DNA of 64,000 nucleotides from Giardia intestinalis (Eukaryota): NCBI GenBank assembly GCA_000002435.2, contig CM018790.1; one strand, 5' to 3'. Shown piece by piece: positions 58,576 to 64,000 of this stretch (position 1 is its first letter; each line of letters starts with the position of its first letter). The notes under the pieces were generated by a model. It saw only the letters and a program-made list of their open reading frames with translations, ran no database searches and was not told where the DNA came from. The position numbers and the translations under genes were made by a program.

Positions 58576-61500
58576 GCAAGTCAAACTTGTCTCTTTTCTT
58601 AGTGCCGTATTGTATCCTCCACTACTTCTCTGGATTTCGCTAGGTCGCATGCTTGATATACTAAATGGTCCTACCCTCTTTATACTGACTCCTATTATAT
58701 CAGTGGTGTTTTTATTGAGTACAGCATCCAGCGGTACTGTCCTCCGCTTGGCTCTTGCCATCTTGGGGACACTCTGGGTCTTGTGTTCCAGGTAAACAGA
58801 AGTTGGCATTATGTCAGGGTGGTGCGCCATGTTGTGCGTTGTAGTAGTAAACGTCTTTGACACAGGTATGGAAGAGGTAATCTCATTAGTGCCTCTATCG
58901 GATTGGCCAAGGGTATCAGATATGTCTGAAAAGATGTTCGTCCGTAGACTACTTAATGGAACGCTAAACCTTTTTGTGGTTGAGCTAAGAGTGTCATATT
59001 CTGTGTTATATTCCATGTTATCTATGTTCCCTTTAGAGCAGGTAACAGTTACACCAGTCGAATTGGAAGGTAATGTTAAACCTTTAGCTGTTGCGTTATT
59101 AGCAGAAGAACTATGTGCAGATAATGGTGAGTTTGTGACATCAGAGGACTCGCCATCTAATGTCCTGGTCGTGCCCAAGTGATCTGGAGACTGGTGTTTC
59201 TCCTCTATAGTCAAACATTCATCGTCTACTAAAGCCAGATTGTAGCTGGTGGCATTCTTAGAAGTCGCCAGGATCGCTTTAGAGAGATGGCCACTCGAAG
59301 CCTTTGAGGCAGTGCCAAGACGAACTGACACATGCATTATTCCCTTGTATGTTGGAAGAGAAGCGTCATCAGAATCCTTTACAGTAGCTAGATTGAACTC
59401 TCTGGTGGATTGATCCAACTCTACCTTTAACAAAAGATTGTCAGAATATGGCAAACGAGTTGTGCTGATGAGTGTTGAAGCTCCGGTGCTTGTAGCCATG
59501 CATGGGTCTGGAACAGTAGGTTCTGAAATATCTCGAATGTGAAGCGTGTCTATAAGATAGCCGAAGCTTTCCGGCGGCTGCGGCACCGCTACTGACATAG
59601 CAGGGCGACCGACTCCAGCTCTGTGACCGCAAACATTATTGTTAGCACACCGTAAGGGTAGCTGTGTATCGATGGGAGGATGAGTCTGCTGTGGCAAGGG
59701 CAGAAGAAAATCATCTTCTGAACTAGAATAGCTCACCGGACGAAGTAAGGTGGTAATATTTCCATCGGTGCCAATAGCATCTTCGCCGCGTGGAGCCATG
59801 AGAACTTCTGGTGCGTTATCGAGTAGGTTGTTGGGTTGGAGAGACTCTATGAGCATTGCCTTCTTAGATAATATGCTTTCAGCAAGAGCTGCCGTTTCGC
59901 TGTGAACAATGGGAGTGGTTACAATTTGGAGGCAATCTCTATTACTAAGTTCATTTGCCGCTAGGATCAGTTCAGGACTGGGGCTGGTGCTGCTGCTATT
60001 GGTAAGCATATATAATTTGGATCTTTTCTTGATTAACTCTTCTGCATCGAGATCGTCCGAGCTCCTATTTTCTATATCATCTGCTACTATCCCAAGACGA
60101 TTTTCCTCCTTCAGTTGCTGATATGCCGCATTACGAGAGATACTGGCCTTCTTACTGCTCTTGGCTACAAGCTTCTTGATATGGTTCTTTGAAATGGATC
60201 GAAAAGGAACTTGTTTCCTGTCTAGAACAGATACCTGTGCCTGGGTGGCTTCTGGTGCTGTTACATAATTGGACTCGGTGACTGAACAGTTAGTTATAGA
60301 TGGGCACTGAGTAAATAGTTCTGCTGATGACGGCTCGTCAGTGTAGCTACCCGCACTCGCAAGCTCATTGTTCTGAAGAGTGGACTCGGTGACTGCCTTA
60401 GTATGCAGTCGTTCTCTCTGTGAATGAGTGGATACAGTTGAGAGGGTGGTACGATTGTGAGAGGCTTGATAGGTGTCTTTTTCCGACTGAGGCGGAGGTT
60501 CATGTGAGGAGTGAAGTAATGAAGAAGTCAGAGAGTCTTTAACGGTCGAGGCGTCCATCCTCCTTTTGGATGTTACTGGGTTGCTTGCGGCTATGCTACC
60601 GTCAAAAAGTATGGTTCTATTGATTAAGTGAAGATTCTCTGTCTTCAAGAAGGAAAAGTCTTCAAGTCCATCCTTCTCTAGCTTCTCTAGAGTCAATTCA
60701 ATAAACATGCGTTCCCTCAACGTTCCAGTCATGCTCTTCTCAAGCTGGCTCTTGTACATTCCCCCCAGGCTAATGTCTCGGAAGGCATTTGTGGCCCTAA
60801 CTTGGTTGTGCAAGTTTATGACACCCTCTCTATCCTCCTCATCTCGGAGCCTCCGAGTTGCAAAGGTTGGCGTGCTGTATGAACACTCATGGCAGGTAGA
60901 TATATTATTTGTATAAAGATTGTATACTTTTGGTGAAATCTGCATAGCTCCATCCATTGTGCTGATCTTCTCTAGTGTAACCTGTGTGGCATTGTCAATC
61001 TCCTTAATGTTGCTGGCAATCTTGGCATCAGAGTGGGGAAGGAACGATAACTCCTCTCTGTGCTCTTTGGTGCTCCTAGTAACTATGGGCAACACGGCGT
61101 GTGAGTCTAGGTCAGCGAGTCCGCCTTCAAATCTATCCATAACCTGCCTTATGCTTGTGCCTTTCCGTCCAATGGTCTGCTTGTTATGTTTAGAGCTATA
61201 GGTTGTTGATTTAGTAGATTGTAGAGGCTTGCTGCCTATGTGGTTTTCAGAGGAGATTCCCCGGTGCTTAGTGGTTGTCTTTAATGGATCTCTTGTCACT
61301 GGAACGTGTATAACTCTGCGGTACTTAGTATTTGCGGCTACTTTTGCGACTATCTTGGGAGCTGGAGCCATGGTTGGACATCGCTCAACCCCAGTGCTTA
61401 CTATTCTTCTAGAAGAAATGCTATGAGTGCTGTTCTGGATGCCCCTACTGGAAGCATGTTCTTGGCCATTAGTCACTGGTGTTACGGAAGAATGCACTAG

Positions 61501-62640
61501 TCCATAGGTCTTCTCAACATATTTTGACAGCGCTGCAGGCTGTATAATCAAGTAGCGTCTATCTAGCAATGCAACACCGTGATCAATGATCGCCTTCCTG
61601 TAAGCTTCCGAGTATGAGGCTAGCTCTGTCTGTATGGTGTCAGTGAATACATTCAAGGATAGAAACGGTGTTATCTTGAGTGGAATGGCGAGTACATCGC
61701 TTGTGCACTTAAAGCTCATTGAAAATATGGTCACCAACATTTCAGGAAGAGTGACACCGCGGCCTGGAAGCGTGGGGTCTCCATCGTTATCTAAAAGCGT
61801 CATAAAGGCAAGGTTCGACAGTAAACTAAAATCTAGTATTCTATTCCCCTCCACAACGCCATTTGGAAGGGTTGGGAAAAGGGACTCGAGGACCAGCTCT
61901 AAAGACCCACTGACTAGGTATGGAACGCCAAGACCCATTTCAGCTGCCATCCTCATCGTCTCACAGAGAGACAAGCAATGCATGCACAAACGCTTCTGGA
62001 AGGCCGTTTGCTGTGGAGAGTCGTTATTCTTTATGGTGTGTGCTCTAGGGTTTTCTGCACTGAGATTGCTGAGGGAATGATGCGCGGCACCCAAGGAGGA
62101 AGTTCTAACCTCTTCTGCCAAGATGCTCATGCCTGTCAAACAGGAGGAGATGGCTCGATCAATATCACGGAGATGCATATACAGTAGTGCTTCCAGAGAG
62201 TAGATTTCAGAAGATGGCACATGAATTTCATAGCTGAGTGAAAAGATAAGATTGTCATTGGTTATTGGTGGATGGTGCAGCATACGCAGGTACCTGTGTG
62301 CTTCAGAAATAAAGCCGAGCTGCAGATTAGCCAAAACAGCCCGCTGAAGCAGGGAATCGTGCGGACAAAGAGCTACACCCTTAGTAAACTGTTCAATTGC
62401 CTCCTGAAACGCGCCTTCTCGCAGCTTAACCAACCCCATTGCCCCATAAAGGTACGCTTTGAAGACCCGATAGCAAACGGCTGTGCCTATCTTCCTATAT
62501 AAGGGAGCCTCTCTATAGTGAGCATCTGCAAGCGTAAAGGCTTCAACAAACGCACTATAGGCGTTGCTCCACCTATCACGAAGAAGCATAGTCTGGGCCT
62601 GCGCCAGCAGATTGTTACACTGCTGCTCTAAATTGCTCAT
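58570..62640 (-). CDS. Large hypothetical protein (1356 aa) with a TPR-like helical N-terminus and a long Ser/Thr-rich region.
   Basis: Uninterrupted 4-kb ORF. The N-terminal 300 aa have TPR-like amphipathic helices (AYSAFVEAFTLADAHYREAPLYRKIGTAVCYRVFKAYLYGAMGLVKL). Confidence 0.55.
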   Translation of the reverse strand: MSNLEQQCNNLLAQAQTMLLRDRWSNAYSAFVEAFTLADAHYREAPLYRKIGTAVCYRVFKAYLYGAMGLVKLREGAFQEAIEQFTKGVALCPHDSLLQRAVLANLQLGFISEAHRYLRMLHHPPITNDNLIFSLSYEIHVPSSEIYSLEALLYMHLRDIDRAISSCLTGMSILAEEVRTSSLGAAHHSLSNLSAENPRAHTIKNNDSPQQTAFQKRLCMHCLSLCETMRMAAEMGLGVPYLVSGSLELVLESLFPTLPNGVVEGNRILDFSLLSNLAFMTLLDNDGDPTLPGRGVTLPEMLVTIFSMSFKCTSDVLAIPLKITPFLSLNVFTDTIQTELASYSEAYRKAIIDHGVALLDRRYLIIQPAALSKYVEKTYGLVHSSVTPVTNGQEHASSRGIQNSTHSISSRRIVSTGVERCPTMAPAPKIVAKVAANTKYRRVIHVPVTRDPLKTTTKHRGISSENHIGSKPLQSTKSTTYSSKHNKQTIGRKGTSIRQVMDRFEGGLADLDSHAVLPIVTRSTKEHREELSFLPHSDAKIASNIKEIDNATQVTLEKISTMDGAMQISPKVYNLYTNNISTCHECSYSTPTFATRRLRDEEDREGVINLHNQVRATNAFRDISLGGMYKSQLEKSMTGTLRERMFIELTLEKLEKDGLEDFSFLKTENLHLINRTILFDGSIAASNPVTSKRRMDASTVKDSLTSSLLHSSHEPPPQSEKDTYQASHNRTTLSTVSTHSQRERLHTKAVTESTLQNNELASAGSYTDEPSSAELFTQCPSITNCSVTESNYVTAPEATQAQVSVLDRKQVPFRSISKNHIKKLVAKSSKKASISRNAAYQQLKEENRLGIVADDIENRSSDDLDAEELIKKRSKLYMLTNSSSTSPSPELILAANELSNRDCLQIVTTPIVHSETAALAESILSKKAMLIESLQPNNLLDNAPEVLMAPRGEDAIGTDGNITTLLRPVSYSSSEDDFLLPLPQQTHPPIDTQLPLRCANNNVCGHRAGVGRPAMSVAVPQPPESFGYLIDTLHIRDISEPTVPDPCMATSTGASTLISTTRLPYSDNLLLKVELDQSTREFNLATVKDSDDASLPTYKGIMHVSVRLGTASKASSGHLSKAILATSKNATSYNLALVDDECLTIEEKHQSPDHLGTTRTLDGESSDVTNSPLSAHSSSANNATAKGLTLPSNSTGVTVTCSKGNIDNMEYNTEYDTLSSTTKRFSVPLSSLRTNIFSDISDTLGQSDRGTNEITSSIPVSKTFTTTTHNMAHHPDIMPTSVYLEHKTQSVPKMARAKRRTVPLDAVLNKNTTDIIGVSIKRVGPFSISSMRPSEIQRSSGGYNTALRKETSLTCL

Positions 62641-62721
62641 CGCAATTAAGGAGATTTCTTTGCTTACAAGAAGATATGTTCACAATGGGAAACTTTAAAT
62701 TTGAAGGCCCCTGTGTGGTGC

Positions 62722-64000
62722 ATGTCTTACTCAGAGACCCTACAGCTTTGCCAGAAAGCAAACCTCACCATCGATGAACTAACAGAACTAAAGAGCATCT
62801 TGCAACGCGACATGGAAGATCCCCCGCATGCAAGAATTACTGGTGAAAAGGTGCACCAATTAATAAATGCAACAATATCTTCGCGGAACTTACCGGCTCT
62901 TCAGTTAGTCCATGAGTTTACACGAGGTAAGTATTCTCCTACAACCGCTGGCAAAACGTCTCTTTCTTTTGCTATTCAAGAACGATGGCTAGACGCCGTA
63001 CTTGTGCTGCTGGATGACGAGAAGGATGTTATTGGGGCAAACACTCTGCATCTGGATGCGCTTGCGCATGATCCCGGACGCCATGTGATACTGGATGACC
63101 TTCTGCTCAAAGACAAGGCAGGTCATGGGGTACTGGAGTATGCTGCTTGTGCTAGGAACCTTGTGCTCATCAAGTCGATCGTTTCACTTGTTCTTGCTGC
63201 AAAGACTGTGCCAGAAGGCGTCAGAGATGCATTTATTTCTGCCTTTCCGTATCTGGCAGAAGACTCCACATATCCATGCACAGATGCCGCAATGTGTTTG
63301 ATCCTTTCTCCCCTTAGACCGAAGCTCTCCTTTCAAGTTTGTGAGAAGCATGCAGCACTAGACTCACCAGCGCCATATCAACACTCAACATGCGGCTCTA
63401 AGTTCTTCGCTGCAGGTAGCAGATCAGCGATGCAAGACAACTCCAAGCATAAGAAACCCCACATTCCTGTGGCGTCCGATAAGACCGCTTCATCTTCAAA
63501 CGGTGTGGCTCGGAGGCAACAGACTTCGACAGCCGATATCGTTGACCACTTGCTAAAGTCAAGTTGCTATGCTGATCATGTAAGTGACCTGCTCTCCGTG
63601 TTCCATCAACAGGAGCATAGTACAAGTATACAAGGAACATGCTTTTCTGGTAAAATGCTTTATAATTACTTGAAAGAGCTTCCCAGGCATCCCCCGCTTT
63701 TGAGATACTATACATCTTTGCTACGCTGCATCTATCCTAACGTTTGCCTACACTACATTGATTTTGAGCTGTATGTGTCCACAAATAAGTGTAAAATACC
63801 ATCCGAGATTGGTCTCGTAAAAACATACAAGGGGAAACCGATCTATGCCTTGCAGGGTTTGTTCTCAGCAGATGTTTCGTTTGCTTCCAGAGGGATGTTG
63901 AACGTCATTGCAGCGATAACGGGAATAGAGTACGACATCAACACAAAAAAGCGCCCATGGCTTTCTACCTTAAGCTATACTGAGTGGACCAATAACAATG
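62722..64000 (+). CDS. Hypothetical protein with an ankyrin-like region, 5' complete and 3' truncated by the window end (>426 aa). Absent from the ORF track.
   Basis: ATG at 62722-62724. The frame (codon starts congruent 1 mod 3) was verified line by line to position 64000 with no stop. ANK-like segment GANTLHLDALAHDPGRHVILDDLLLKDKAGHGVLEYAACARNLVLIKSIV. It is divergent from the 1356-aa gene, with an 81-bp spacer. Confidence 0.6.
   Translation, partial: MSYSETLQLCQKANLTIDELTELKSILQRDMEDPPHARITGEKVHQLINATISSRNLPALQLVHEFTRGKYSPTTAGKTSLSFAIQERWLDAVLVLLDDEKDVIGANTLHLDALAHDPGRHVILDDLLLKDKAGHGVLEYAACARNLVLIKSIVSLVLAAKTVPEGVRDAFISAFPYLAEDSTYPCTDAAMCLILSPLRPKLSFQVCEKHAALDSPAPYQHSTCGSKFFAAGSRSAMQDNSKHKKPHIPVASDKTASSSNGVARRQQTSTADIVDHLLKSSCYADHVSDLLSVFHQQEHSTSIQGTCFSGKMLYNYLKELPRHPPLLRYYTSLLRCIYPNVCLHYIDFELYVSTNKCKIPSEIGLVKTYKGKPIYALQGLFSADVSFASRGMLNVIAAITGIEYDINTKKRPWLSTLSYTEWTNNN

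Overview
The window is compact, intron-poor protist DNA that I assign to Giardia intestinalis (lamblia/duodenalis). The evidence is a cysteine-rich CxxC surface protein ending in the VSP hallmark ...CRGKA-stop followed by an AGTAAAC poly(A) signal, NEK kinases and pseudokinases fused to ankyrin repeats, a 'protein 21.1'-type ankyrin protein, 15-100 bp intergenic spacers with AT-rich initiators, and convergent genes overlapping at their stop codons. About 25 protein genes are packed on both strands, including a Rab-GGTase beta-like prenyltransferase, POC1, UBC9, a penta-EF-hand protein, an STPG/SHIPPO flagellar protein, a 3170-aa giant protein, a Na/K-type P-ATPase, an MCM helicase and three ankyrin-containing genes. 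The ORF track omits ORFs that run off the window edges. Two such genes are added here: a >1050-aa secreted protein on the minus strand at 1-3159 and a >426-aa protein on the plus strand at 62722-64000. The track also sometimes prints M for TTG/GTG starts. The standout is an antigenic-variation (VSP) locus at ~36.1-47.7 kb. Two divergently oriented VSP genes share a near-perfect ~4.07 kb inverted duplication (arms 36103-40170 and 43644-47711, symmetric around position 41907). The duplication covers the VSP 3' coding end, the poly(A) signal and ~3.2 kb of GC-rich ORF-poor downstream DNA. The intact VSP (41211-44510) carries 10.2 perfectly identical 225-bp (75-aa) tandem repeats. Its partner (39304-40892) is thrown out of frame exactly at the duplication breakpoint and is probably a pseudogene. 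The right arm abuts an ABC-transporter ATP-binding-domain remnant with a frameshift in its Walker A motif. Immediately downstream, two same-frame ORFs are separated only by one TGA. No rRNA, tRNA or CRISPR features were recognised by eye.
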